Below, piece by piece: positions 29,112 through 43,028 of a DNA stretch of 64,000 nt (its first letter is position 1; every line of letters begins with the position of its first letter). Origin of the DNA: Octopus vulgaris. Taxonomy: Eukaryota. The notes under the pieces were generated by a model. The model ran no database searches. It saw only the letters and a program-made list of their open reading frames with translations, and was not told the origin of the DNA. Both the position numbers and the translations under genes were made by a program. Where the stretch lies: assembly GCA_951406725.2 (NCBI GenBank), contig OX597819.1, forward strand, positions 132,370,001 through 132,434,000, given 5' to 3'.

Positions 29112-29900
29112 GATGCAATTGAAACCCCATAGAATGGAGAAAAGCCACCCAGGGAATCTGTCAAACCAGTCCCCTCACCCCACTTAAGCATACACTCACA
29201 CAAACGCAGCATTCTGCCAGTCGGACAGTGCGGTCAGTGGAAGTTCCACTACGGAGTTCTGATTAGTGGAGGGAAAGAGCGATGACGTACTTGGGGAAAA
29301 ACTGGGCGTCGGGAGGAATCAACTAACTGGCATCTTCCGGAGGACTTTCAGGCCTTGGCCAATGGATAACTTCCGGAAATCCCTGGCCTTGCAGTGATAC
29401 CGGCGAGATCTACCGGTTCGAGATAAGCTCTACAGGCACAGAAATGCTGTCAGACAGACCTGTCCGAGGTGTGCACAGGGCGATAAAACCGTCCTGCATG
29501 CACTCGTCCAGCGCCTGCGCATTACTGACTTGTGAAACTTTGTCGAACAGCTGTTGTCACGTGTAGGATGGATCCGGTTATCAGCTGGGCCCATTGTGAG
29601 GATCGCCCCGCCGCCTTCTTTTGGCTGGGAGGGAAAGGCAGCATTCCTCTGCCTGGTGACTATAGCGAAAGAGGTAGTGTGGTGGACGCGGTGGAAAGGA
29701 CTGAAGACAGACATTTTCCTCTTCGGCCGAGCCCTCATCGACATCTTCAAGTTCTACTTGAAAAGGAAAGTGAGGGTGGAGAGGAAAGAACTGCCTCCCA
29801 GTAAATTTGTTGAAAGCTGGATGAATGTTGTAAAAATGGCTCGTGTGATTGGGCCTATTCTGAATATTCGTCTGTAAGCCGGAGCAATTGAGAGAAAGAG
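27820..29900 (+). mobile_element. Internally deleted Tx1/L1-like LINE
   Basis: ORF1-like remnant with gag knuckle CDICGATSHLKAFC at 28757. ORF2 C-terminal zinc region LPVRDKLYRH..CPRC..TVLHAL at 29410-29510. Stops and frameshifts throughout. Confidence 0.7.
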
Positions 29901-30230
29901 GGGTGGCTATCTGGCGTGCCCTTGGCAGTCGAGGTTACCAGGATGTCTTTTTCCTGACCATTTTCAAAATTTTTTTAATTCAGGCTTTCAGAATCAACTT
30001 GACAATTCTCACTGTCTTTTTCTCTGCAAGCAATCAACTGGGTTACCGTTGTCAACTTCGAGGTCCCTACACTCACATCAGCCATCGACTACTCCTGCCT
30101 TACGGCAACAAGAATGGACGAACGGGTTTTCACAGCAACCGGATCTTTTGCCATTTTACTGTGGGACGAAATACAGAGAAAGAAACCAGCGTTTTAACAT
30201 AAGTGCACAGACATACATTGACAATATCTC

Positions 30231-30661
30231 ATACATGTATATGCGCACGCACATATATACACTCACACTCACACACATACATGTATATGCGCACGCACAT
30301 ATATACACTCACACTCACACACATACATGTATATGCGCACGCACATATATACACTCACACTCACACACATACATGTATATGCGCACGCACATATATACAC
30401 TCACACTCACACACATACATGTATGGGCGCACGCACATATATACACTCACACTCACACACATACATGTATGGGCGCACGCACATATATACACTCACACTC
30501 ACACACATACATGTATGGGCGCACGCACATATGTACACTCACACTCACACACATACATGTATGGGCGCACGCACATATATACACTCACACTCACACCCAT
30601 ACATGTATGGGCGCACGCACATATATACACTCACACTCACACACATACATGTATGGGCGCG
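30231..30661. repeat. 46-bp minisatellite, about 9 copies
   Basis: Unit atacatgtat(at/gg)gcgcacgcacatatatacactcacactcacacac. Confidence 0.9.
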
Positions 30662-30980
30662 TGTGTGTGTGTTCATTCACAGAAACTGATACACCATGAA
30701 ATATAGAGTATTTATTGCTTACTCACCTATTTCCACATACACATACTCATACACGCATGCACACATACATGCTCTCTCACTCTCTCTCTCTCTCGCACGC
30801 ACACACACTCGTTCGAGCGCACACATACATACACATACACAAAATCTATAAAGATGTCTCATACATACCTCTATGATTATCATCCGGCTTCCATGTCTAC
30901 ATACACACATACATATATAACCACACACATACACATGCGTACCTCCGTACCAACCTGCACACATAGATACATAGATACAG

Positions 30981-31026
<46 letters not shown>

Positions 31027-31103
31027 ACGCTCACACACATACATACCTACCTACATCCATCCAAACGGACTTAGGTACGGTCGTCCTCGTATATATGAGC
31101 TCT

Positions 31104-31141
<38 letters not shown>

Positions 31142-31842
31142 AAATTAGAATTATTTCTTCATTTATTCTATTTAATTGTTATTTTCATCGTTGAAGATAA
31201 ACACAGATTAATGTTCTCACTTTAAAATTATTGTTTCGTTTATTTTTTATATTTTATTTTCATTCCTATCAAAGAAATACTAAGTTATATTCCACCATTG
31301 CAGAACGAAGAAAACGGCTTTCTCATTCCCTACCAATTTTTCAAAGCACATTTTGTGCTAATCAAAATCTTCACAGAAGAGATAATAGAAAAGAGAGAAA
31401 AACAAAACTAAAACGAATAAAGAATTTAAAAAAAACCCACAAAAAGAAACAAAACAAAACAAGGAAGAAAAGAAAAGAAAAAAATCAACATATTTATCAG
31501 AGTTTTTCTCTTGGCATAAATTTTCAAAATTAATATCATACAGAAATATGTTACGTTGTAATTGTTCTTTGATTTCTATCTTGAAGTAATTTTACAAGCA
31601 ACTCATCAAAGCTTTGAAGTTTGGATGACTGCTTCGCTGAGGCACGCGCCCAGGGATTTCTGCGGCATGTTTTCTTATGTCGATATGGCTTGTTGCTACC
31701 GAGAATGAAGAACTATCATTGCACAAAGTCGTCTCTGGTTTGGCTTCGAGTGGTAAAACGCTTAATATTATGCATGGAGTCGAGGGTGTCGGTTAATAAG
31801 GCTTAAACAATAGTTAAAAAAAACATGTTGGTGATGATGATA

Positions 31843-31938
<96 letters not shown>

Positions 31939-32354
31939 GCGATGATAATAATAATAATGATAATAATAACAACAACAACAACAACAACAATAATAATGAT
32001 GATGATGATGACGACGACGACAATGATGATGATAACAACAGTAGCAGCAGCAGCAACAAGAATAATAAGACTGAAAAAAAGGCCTTGACACCAGATGAAA
32101 GCAAAGAGTGAAGGTCGGAGATTTGATGTGAAGGTGGGGGTTGGGGGTCGTTTCGTAGAAGCAGCGGGTAGTTCTGTCGCAGAAATGGGGTGTGGGGGGG
32201 TGTCTTTGGTTCCATCGCAGAAGATATAGTTTATTTTCGTTTGTTAGAAGTACATTTCTGAAACGAATGAAATGACGAGAAAATGCCTCGCTCTATTAAA
32301 TAACCTTAAAAACAGAGATAAGAACAACGGCAACAACAAAGTATGCCACCTCGA

Positions 32355-32576
32355 CCCACGACAGCGGCACCCTACTCATCCACCTCCCCCACCAACGACA
32401 GCGGCACCCTACTCATCCACCTCCCCCACCAACGACAGCGGCACCCTACTCATCCACCTCCCCTTACTCATCCCCTCCCCTACTCGTCCCCCTCCCCCAC
32501 CCACGACAGCGGCACCCTACTCGTCCCCCTCCCCCACCCACGAGAGCGACATCCTACTCGTCCCCCTCCCCCACCC
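32355..32576. repeat. ~37-bp C-rich minisatellite, about 5 copies
   Basis: Unit acgacagcggcaccctactcatccacctcccccacca with variants. Confidence 0.85.
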
Positions 32577-32993
32577 AACTACCAATTCCAAACGCTTTAT
32601 TGTTTGTGTTTTGAACTTTTTTTTCAATGGAGTTTTATTATGTTTTGTCTCTTTGGCTCTTTCATTATACAACTCCATATCTCATTGTTTCACTTTTTGG
32701 ACTCCTCCTTCTCCTCTCCCTCCCCCCATCCCGTACCCCTCCCCTTTCTCTCCTCCTCTTTCTCAACCTCCTCCTCCTCCTCCTTTCTCCGCTCCACTGC
32801 ACCTAATAGCTAAGATACGCAGCCATTTTTAGAGACTCGGTGTTTCAGATAAGAAACACACGAAAACAATCATTACTCGAACTATTTTTAAGTATTTTCC
32901 CATTTGTCCAATATCTCCAGAATCAAGCAGTTTGTAGACAAAAGCAAAAATCCGTTTCTCCTTACTTTTCGTAATCATTTCAATCTTGTAATC

Positions 32994-35900
32994 CTTCTTC
33001 TTCTTCTTCTTCTTCTTCTTCTTCTTCTTCTTCTTCTTCTTCTTCTTCTTCTTCTTCTTCTTCTTCTTCTTCTTCTTCTTCTTCTTCTTCTTCTTCTTCT
33101 TCTTCTTCTTCTTCTTCTTCTTCTTTCTTCTTCTTCTTCTTCTTCTTCTTCTTCTTCTTCTTCTTCTTCTTCTTCTTCTTCTTCTTCTTCTTCTTCTTCT
33201 TCTTCTTCTTCTTCTTCTTCTTCTTCTTCTTCTTCTTCTTCTTCTTCTTCTTCTTCTTCTTCTTCTTCTTCTTCTTCTTCTTCTTCTTCTTCTTCTTCTT
33301 CTTCTTCTTCTTCTTCTTCTTCTTCTTCTTCTTCTTCTTCTTCTTCTTCTTCTTCTTCTTCTTCTTCTTCTTCTTCTTCTTCTTCTTCTTCTTCTTCTTC
33401 TTCTTCTTCTTCTTCTTCTTCTTCTTCTTCTTCTTCTTCTTCTTCTTCTTCTTCTTCTTCTTCTTCTTCTTCTTCTTCTTCTTCTTCTTCTTCTTCTTCT
33501 TCTTCTTCTTCTTCTTCTTCTTCTTCTTCTTCTTCTTCTTCTTCTTCTTCTTCTTCTTCTTCTTCTTCTTCTTCTTCTTCTTCTTCTTCTTCTTCTTCTT
33601 CTTCTTCTTCTTCTTCTTCTTCTTCTTCTTCTTCTTCTTCTTCTTCTTCTTCTTCTTCTTCTTCTTCTTCTTCTTCTTCTTCTTCTTCTTCTTCTTCTTC
33701 TTCTTCTTCTTCTTCTTCTTCTTCTTCTTCTTCTTCTTCTTCTTCTTCTTCTTCTTCTTCTTCTTCTTCTTCTTCTTCTTCTTCTTCTTCTTCTTCTTCT
33801 TCTTCTTCTTCTTCTTCTTCTTCTTCTTCTTCTTCTTCTTCTTCTTCTTCTTCTTCTTCTTCTTCTTCTTCTTCTTCTTCTTCTTCTTCTTCTTCTTCTT
33901 CTTCTTCTTCTTCTTCTTCTTCTTCTTCTTCTTCTTCTTCTTCTTCTTCTTCTTCTTCTTCTTCTTCTTCTTCTTCTTCTTCTTCTTCTTCTTCTTCTTC
34001 TTCTTCTTCTTCTTCTTCTTCTTCTTCTTCTTCTTCTTCTTCTTCTTCTTCTTCTTCTTCTTCTTCTTCTTCTTCTTCTTCTTCTTCTTCTTCTTCTTCT
34101 TCTTCTTCTTCTTCTTCTTCTTCTTCTTCTTCTTCTTCTTCTTCTTCTTCTTCTTCTTCTTCTTCTTCTTCTTCTTCTTCTTCTTCTTCTTCTTCTTCTT
34201 CTTCTTCTTCTTCTTCTTCTTCTTCTTCTTCTTCTTCTTCTTCTTCTTCTTCTTCTTCTTCTTCTTCTTCTTCTTCTTCTTCTTCTTCTTCTTCTTCTTC
34301 TTCTTCTTCTTCTTCTTCTTCTTCTTCTTCTTCTTCTTCTTCTTCTTCTTCTTCTTCTTCTTCTTCTTCTTCTTCTTCTTCTTCTTCTTCTTCTTCTTCT
34401 TCTTCTTCTTCTTCTTCTTCTTCTTCTTCTTCTTCTTCTTCTTCTTCTTCTTCTTCTTCTTCTTCTTCTTCTTCTTCTTCTTCTTCTTCTTCTTCTTCTT
34501 CTTCTTCTTCTTCTTCTTCTTCTTCTTCTTCTTCTTCTTCTTCTTCTTCTTCTTCTTCTTCTTCTTCTTCTTCTTCTTCTTCTTCTTCTTCTTCTTCTTC
34601 TTCTTCTTCTTCTTCTTCTTCTTCTTCTTCTTCTTCTTCTTCTTCTTCTTCTTCTTCTTCTTCTTCTTCTTCTTCTTCTTCTTCTTCTTCTTCTTCTTCT
34701 TCTTCTTCTTCTTCTTCTTCTTCTTCTTCTTCTTCTTCTTCTTCTTCTTCTTCTTCTTCTTCTTCTTCTTCTTCTTCTTCTTCTTCTTCTTCTTCTTCTT
34801 CTTCTTCTTCTTCTTCTTCTTCTTCTTCTTCTTCTTCTTCTTCTTCTTCTTCTTCTTCTTCTTCTTCTTCTTCTTCTTCTTCTTCTTCTTCTTCTTCTTC
34901 TTCTTCTTCTTCTTCTTCTTCTTCTTCTTCTTCTTCTTCTTCTTCTTCTTCTTCTTCTTCTTCTTCTTCTTCTTCTTCTTCTTCTTCTTCTTCTTCTTCT
35001 TCTTCTTCTTCTTCTTCTTCTTCTTCTTCTTCTTCTTCTTCTTCTTCTTCTTCTTCTTCTTCTTCTTCTTCTTCTTCTTCTTCTTCTTCTTCTTCTTCTT
35101 CTTCTTCTTCTTCTTCTTCTTCTTCTTCTTCTTCTTCTTCTTCTTCTTCTTCTTCTTCTTCTTCTTCTTCTTCTTCTTCTTCTTCTTCTTCTTCTTCTTC
35201 TTCTTCTTCTTCTTCTTCTTCTTCTTCTTCTTCTTCTTCTTCTTCTTCTTCTTCTTCTTCTTCTTCTTCTTCTTCTTCTTCTTCTTCTTCTTCTTCTTCT
35301 TCTTCTTCTTCTTCTTCTTCTTCTTCTTCTTCTTCTTCTTCTTCTTCTTCTTCTTCTTCTTCTTCTTCTTCTTCTTCTTCTTCTTCTTCTTCTTCTTCTT
35401 CTTCTTCTTCTTCTTCTTCTTCTTCTTCTTCTTCTTCTTCTTCTTCTTCTTCTTCTTCTTCTTCTTCTTCTTCTTCTTCTTCTTCTTCTTCTTCTTCTTC
35501 TTCTTCTTCTTCTTCTTCTTCTTCTTCTTCTTCTTCTTCTTCTTCTTCTTCTTCTTCTTCTTCTTCTTCTTCTTCTTCTTCTTCTTCTTCTTCTTCTTCT
35601 TCTTCTTCTTCTTCTTCTTCTTCTTCTTCTTCTTCTTCTTCTTCTTCTTCTTCTTCTTCTTCTTCTTCTTCTTCTTCTTCTTCTTCTTCTTCTTCTTCTT
35701 CTTCTTCTTCTTCTTCTTCTTCTTCTTCTTCTTCTTCTTCTTCTTCTTCTTCTTCTTCTTCTTCTTCTTCTTCTTCTTCTTCTTCTTCTTCTTCTTCTTC
35801 TTCTTCTTCTTCTTCTTCTTCTTCTTCTTCTTCTTCTTCTTCTTCTTCTTCTTCTTCTTCTTCTTCTTCTTCTTCTTCTTCTTCTTCTTCTTCTTCTTCT

Positions 35901-36264
35901 TCTTCTTCTTCTTCTTCTTCTTCTTCTTCTTCTTCTTCTTCTTCTTCTTCTTCTTCTTCTTCTTCTTCTTCTTCTTCTTCTTCTTCTTCTTCTTCTTCTT
36001 CTTCTTCTTCTTCTTCTTCTTCTTCTTCTTCTTCTTCTTCTTCTTCTTCTTCTTCTTCTTCTTCTTCTTCTTCTTCTTCTTCTTCTTCTTCTTCTTCTTC
36101 TTCTTCTTCTTCTTCTTCTTCTTCTTCTTCTTCTTCTTCTTCTTCTTCTTCTTCTTCTTCTTCTTCTTCTTCTTCTTCTTCTTCTTCTTCTTCTTCTTCT
36201 TCTTCTTCTTCTTCTTCTTCTTCTTCTTCTTCTTCTTCTTCTTCTTCTTCTTCTTCTTCTTCTT

Positions 36265-36295
<31 letters not shown>

Positions 36296-37173
36296 TCTTC
36301 TTCTTCTTCTTCTTCTTCTTCTTCTTCTTCTTCTTCTTCTTCTTCTTCTTCTTCTTCTTCTTCTTCTTCTTCTTCTTCTTCTTCTTCTTCTTCTTCTTCT
36401 TCTTCTTCTTCTTCTTCTTCTTCTTCTTCTTCTTCTTCTTCTTCTTCTTCTTCTTCTTCTTCTTCTTCTTCTTCTTCTTCTTCTTCTTCTTCTTCTTCTT
36501 CTTCTTCTTCTTCTTCTTCTTCTTCTTCTTCTTCTTCTTCTTCTTCTTCTTCTTCTTCTTCTTCTTCTTCTTCTTCTTCTTCTTCTTCTTCTTCTTCTTC
36601 TTCTTCTTCTTCTTCTTCTTCTTCTTCTTCTTCTTCTTCTTCTTCTTCTTCTTCTTCTTCTTCTTCTTCTTCTTCTTCTTCTTCTTCTTCTTCTTCTTCT
36701 TCTTCTTCTTCTTCTTCTTCTTCTTCTTCTTCTTCTTCTTCTTCTTCTTCTTCTTCTTCTTCTTCTTCTTCTTCTTCTTCTTCTTCTTCTTCTTCTTCTT
36801 CTTCTTCTTCTTCTTCTTCTTCTTCTTCTTCTTCTTCTTCTTCTTCTTCTTCTTCTTCTTCTTCTTCTTCTTCTTCTTCTTCTTCTTCTTCTTCTTCTTC
36901 TTCTTCTTCTTCTTCTTCTTCTTCTTCTTCTTCTTCTTCTTCTTCTTCTTCTTCTTCTTCTTCTTCTTCTTCTTCTTCTTCTTCTTCTTCTTCTTCTTCT
37001 TCTTCTTCTTCTTCTTCTTCTTCTTCTTCTTCTTCTTCTTCTTCTTCTTCTTCTTCTTCTTCTTCTTCTTCTTCTTCTTCTTCTTCTTCTTCTTCTTCTT
37101 CTTCTTCTTCTTCTTCTTCTTCTTCTTCTTCTTCTTCTTCTTCTTCTTCTTCTTCTTCTTCTTCTTCTTCTTC
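32994..37173. repeat. Giant (TTC/GAA)n microsatellite, ~4.2 kb
   Basis: Pure TTC tract with two visible interruptions near 33124 and 36295. Confidence 0.97.
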
Positions 37174-38181
37174 AAATCCTGATATATTCGTTTTATAGCT
37201 TTTGCTGTGACGTCAGTTTGAAATTATAAAAACCACACAAAACAAAGCGACAAAGAATTTCTTCGCTGTTGGTTTCCAGGTTAGTATTTTCATTTGTTCC
37301 TTTCAAGCTGTCCCCGTCACCCCGTCACCCCGTCACCCCGTCACCCCGTCACCCCGGTTGACGCTTGAGCAGAGACGAAGACACAAGTCTGAAGCAAATA
37401 TATTGTAGACTTCCACAGACTTCAATTAAATTATGTCGATTCGGCAGCGAGTGTAGGAAAAGATGCAAATGGAAAATTTTTCTTCTTCTAAACAATTGTA
37501 AAGATTACTCAGGGGACCTGCTCAATCTTGATCTCTCTAACTTTTCTGCTCTCCACATTGTTTGCTATTATTATTCTTGCTGGAGAGGATTTGATCTTTG
37601 CCCTGCCTGATATTAATTTCCCTGTCAGTTTCCCGTTAATTCAACAACCAAAACTACTAAATCATTCCTATTATTGTCTTACATTCTTTGCGGACAGCGA
37701 AACTAAGATCGGCGAAGAAACCGTACCTTGCTGTGTGCCAGGTGGATCGCCACCGTAACATATAGTCTTTGCAATAGGTTCCCAAGGCAAATAATATTTT
37801 ACTTCTTAATGGTAACGAGTTGGTAGTAATAGTACAGCCGCTACCGTAAATGCCAGTCTATAGTTTTAGTTTAAATCTGATGGAGTCGAATTTGACTTGT
37901 AACCTTTCGGACTGATAAATTAAAGTACGAATAATTTATTGATAATAATTCAAGACGTTCCGTCCCTTTCGTCTTTGCCGTCTGCGATATAAAGTAGCAA
38001 GAAATAGCGTTGGCTGCAGTTTAGCTTCACGGTTGTTGCTCTTTCTGTTCTGTTAAACTGTTGATGCCGTCGGTAAAGGCATCAGCATAACTCACATTTT
38101 CCACTCAGTCAAGTCAATGACGTTGCTCAATAGCTGAGGGGTGTCTCTCATACTCAAATCTTAATATCTAACTATAAATAT

Positions 38182-38222
<41 letters not shown>

Positions 38223-38438
38223 CATAGGATTGGGCAAACTTAATGGGGATTATTCATGCAGAGAATAAATTTTCCGAAAAAGAAACGTTTGTATTCCACG
38301 TCACGTGACGGTATTTTAAAGTTAAAATATTACTGTACCTTCCTGGGTCAGCTGCCACCAGAAACATTTTTAATCGCCTTCTGCTGGTCTATAGATATAT
38401 ATATATATATATATATACACAAATACACACATATACAT

Positions 38439-38489
<51 letters not shown>

Positions 38490-38506
38490 CATACACACAT
38501 ATATAT

Positions 38507-38553
<47 letters not shown>

Positions 38554-38561
38554 CACACATG

Positions 38562-38593
<32 letters not shown>

Positions 38594-38794
38594 CACGCGT
38601 ACACACACACATTCACAGATACACATATAGTCAAGTAGTAAAATATATTCTATTGCAAGCATTTGGACCCTGTCTCTGGTTTGCTACCTTCCGCCCTTCC
38701 TCCCTCCCATTCTTTCAAATGCCTTGGGGGTGAAGAGTCAATGGTACTATCTTTTCTCCAGAGTAAAAGAAATATATGTATGTATGTATCTATG

Positions 38795-38862
<68 letters not shown>

Positions 38863-38863
38863 C

Positions 38864-38936
<73 letters not shown>

Positions 38937-39582
38937 ACCAGTTATTTGTTAATCGTTTCTGACAATCTCACTATACTGTGGTACACACATTCAAAGAATA
39001 TTTACTAAATCCTGTCATATTTTTCAACTTCTAAATTCAAGATTTGATTGGATGGCAGAAAGAATGTGACGATTGAGATAAACGTGCCGCACCATGAGAG
39101 AACATTGTTAATGGTTCCAAGATTAAACAAACCATTACAAAGATACGATGACGGGAAGCTAAAATTTAAATGTTAATATTTGTTCATTCGAGTGGTTGTA
39201 AATAAATAAATAAACGCACAGGAAGCCATTAATTGAAATTTTGAAGAAAGCCAAAATTGGAAACGACGGCAATACAAAGGCTTGAAAATTATGGACATAA
39301 AAATAGTAAAATGGCAACAATTATATTCATTAATTTATTAATTAAATATTAATAATGATGATAATGATAAAAAAATAATAGTTTTGGATTCTGGTCAATG
39401 GTCAAGAATTTTAAGAGCTGGAGGTTAGTCGATTACAACGACTCCCATTATCAAGTGGCAAAATTTTTATTGACCCCCGAAAGGATTAAAGGCAAAATCG
39501 GTCTTGGTAATATTAGAACTCGGAATGTAAAGCGCTGAAAGAAATGTCGAGAAGCATTTTGTCGAAGGAGCTATCAACTGGA

Positions 39583-39731
39583 TAGGCGTGGTTGTGTGGT
39601 AAGAAGCTTGCTTCCCAATCACATGGTTCCGGGTTCAGTCCCACCTTGAGTAAGTGTCCTCTACTATAGCCTCGAACCGACAAAAGCTTTGTGAGTGGAT
39701 TTGGTAGACGGAAACTAAAAGAGTCCCGTCG

Positions 39732-39804
<73 letters not shown>

Positions 39805-40030
39805 GTATATATCTGTGTGTTTGTGGTTTTGCCTCTGTGTTTGTCCTCCCACCACCGCTTGAAAACTGGTGTTGGTGTGCTTACGTCCCCGTAACTTAGC
39901 GGTTTGGCAAAAGAGCCCGATAGAATAAGTACTAGGCTTCAAGAATAAGTCCTGGGGTCAATTTGTTCGACTAAAATCCCTTCCAGGCGATGCCCCAGGC
40001 TGCAGTCTAATGACTGAAACAAGGAAACAA
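39583..40030 (+). mobile_element. CORE-type SINE copy
   Basis: Homologous to 7509-7930, with internal (CA)n. Confidence 0.8.
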
Positions 40031-40234
40031 TATATATATATATATACATAATAAAATAGGGTAATAATAAATTATTCTTACCAGTGGCCTAGCACAAAAA
40101 ACGAATTAGTCATTAGACTATATATTATTCATATAGAAATACAATAAGAGGCTTCCAAATAAGGAAGCGTTGTGCTAGAACACAAAAAGGGATAAGTTCA
40201 TGAAAGGAATGAAAATTAAAAACATTTACCATCT

Positions 40235-40285
<51 letters not shown>

Positions 40286-40653
40286 TCACACGCCTGCCCC
40301 ACTTCCCCACAACATCACACCACACCCCACTACACTACACCATACAACGTTACACATCACATCACAACACACCACCCACACACCCATCCCCACATCTCCA
40401 CACCCACACATACATACACACACACGTCCAGACCACCAGCCCTCTTTCACACGCACATACATACTCTTTTATACACACACGCACCTTTGTGTTGGGGACT
40501 CCTTCGTATTGGAAGTCACTTGACCCTGTTATCTCCCCTACTGTCCCTCTCGCGTCTGACCATTCTGTCCGAATCAGACGCAATGATAGATCGCTAGCTA
40601 CTACACACATTTTTTTTCTCTCCTTGTTTCTCTCCTTGTTTCTTTTTCTGTGT

Positions 40654-40693
40654 GTCTTTCTGTAGAAGAGCGTAGGCTCGAAACGTAAAAGAC
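40654..40693 (+). ncRNA. Minimal hammerhead motif, U6 variant, in PLE-like remnant 40285-40790
   Basis: gtcttt-CTGTAGA-a-gagc(gtag)gctc-GAA-ACGT-A-aaagac. Confidence 0.65.
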
Positions 40694-40793
40694 TTTTTCT
40701 ATTCCTGAGCGCTATACTAATACATTTGTTTGTTTGTACACCACCTGCCTTCGTCTTTTGTTTATTTTCGTAAACTTTCCCTTTATATATATA

Positions 40794-41600
40794 CTAGCAG
40801 TATTGCCCGGCTCGTGCGCTCGTGCTTTCTATGCACGCGCGAATTAAGCTAAACTTGGATGAAGTTCAATCAAAATTCAATTATTTTGGTTTTAAAATCA
40901 AGCATTTAATGCCTTCTATTTTTGCGCTTATGTGTTCCATTTCCTCAATAGGAAGTACGTAGGAGCGTTTCATAAATTTTTGTTGATCAAATAATTGCAT
41001 TGTTGAATTATTCTTTTAGATCAGTATTTCTCAACGGGGATTTCAGGGGGGGGGGGGGCTCAGGGAGTCGCTGGCGATGTATCGTGATGATCAAAAATCC
41101 GGCGTGCTAAAATTGGTTAAACTGATTGAAACTGCAGACTCAACGCAAAATGGTCACATTTAATTCAAAGCGTTAAAAATGTTATGAAAACAATTGGTAT
41201 GTGTTCATAAAGTCCAAACGATTAATACGAAAAAATCCTCCAGGCTACATTCCGAAAATTCATTTCTTTGCTGAATTTCTACAATGTTTACGGCGATTCG
41301 TTTTTATATACTGATTTTTTATTTTTCATGCAATTTACGCATGGTGAACACAGTTCACATCAAACAGCTGACTGAGTAAAGTTCACTATTCAATGCATTG
41401 GATAAGGCCTAAACAAACACATTATCGATTTTTGCTCTTGCGAGATGAATATTGGAACGGAAATAGCGCAGTTCAATTTTCATTTGCCTAAACTTTAAGT
41501 CTCCCATTTTTGGTGGTTCTACGATTTGTTGGTTAGGAGGAGACGTGCCGGAAAGTTAAACACACAGACACACAAGTTGAGTTATATATATATATATATA
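40794..41600 (-). mobile_element. Non-autonomous Helitron-like element
   Basis: CTAG terminus with adjacent GC-rich hairpin remnant. The opposite end, acacagacacac...ttatatata, resembles the 49973-50897 end. Confidence 0.55.
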
Positions 41601-41745
41601 TATATATACACGTATATAAACAATAATTTAAATACAGAGATTCAATTGACAATCTACTAATTTATTTATATTATAATATAACAAGATATATTACGAATAT
41701 AATATAATATAAAGATAGCTTAAAAAGTTATTAGAAAACCAAAAG

Positions 41746-41809
41746 AAGCCACAATTGTTTCAACTTTATAAACAATTGATATCCATTTATATAAGTCTCT
41801 TCAGAGCTT
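41746..41809 (-). ncRNA. Hammerhead motif with extended stem II; cleavage nucleotide apparently lost
   Basis: Minus strand: aagct-CTGAAGA-gactt...aagtt-GAA-ACAATTGT-ggctt. Confidence 0.55.
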
Positions 41810-42385
41810 TAGTTTAAAAGGCAGACGGAATTCCGTGTGAGAGGACGGCTGGTTTCTAAAAAAAATTAATTTACATGCCTATGTTTAGGAGCGTGCATTA
41901 TATCCCTATTCTGTGGTTTTCAACTGACGTACCAGCGAATTGGATGTTTTACACACTCTTTCCTTAGTTTGTTACTTATATATATATTAGCAGAGATACC
42001 CGGCATTGCTCAAGATTAAAATAGCAGTTATGTTGAAAGAGGTGATACGGGAAAGTGCAGCATTGACGATAGTCTATCGACTTCAAAGCTCCACGCTGCA
42101 TGATGATATGATTTTAATATATTGAGCCTTCTTGCCTCTTCTCGAGGCCCTGTTCCTTCCTATTCCCACTTCCCTTCGTTTCATTTATTTTACACATTTG
42201 TATTCACTCTGATGAAGCACCATGAACTAGATCGAATGCGCTGTGAAGATGACGACTAATATCGGAAGCGAAAACGCTCGTAAGACATGTTCTGTCATGT
42301 TTTGTATTAAAAAAGTAATCTACCGATGTGATCCAATTTGTTTGTTTGTTCATCATAGGTTTTCTCGATTTCTGATTATTTAAAT

Positions 42386-42478
<93 letters not shown>

Positions 42479-42540
42479 CTATATATATATACACACACAC
42501 ACATATATATATGTATACATATACATATATATGTATATAC

Positions 42541-42607
<67 letters not shown>

Positions 42608-43028
42608 CACTAAAAGTTGGAGCTTTTCAGTTTAATGTATTATAGAATACTCTATATTTGTATTAAGTTCTGTAATTTATCGCTTCTAGCTTATCAGCAG
42701 ATACACATCTATACACACACAAATATATATTGCTACATTTATTTAGATTTCACAAAACGGAGATGTGATAAAACTGTACTATAATCCTCTTATCTCTAAT
42801 TCAGTCACCAACGTGACCAACACGCCTCGTCACAAAAATTCCAGGAGGCTTTCCAATGAAATATATTGCCTGTTCGAAAAACGCCGACATAGAAGACATA
42901 TTTTTGTTTTGATTTTTGTCGCTTTTGTTTGTTGTGAATTCTAAATATTCCCTTACACGTGTTTATTGCGGTTTACAAGAATTAATGGCCGTCACGAATA
43001 CACTACGTAGAAGATATTTTATTTCATA

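Noticed and set aside
32829-37229. 1448-aa and 1441-aa ORFs
   Set aside because: They are translations of (TTC)n, which has no stop codons.
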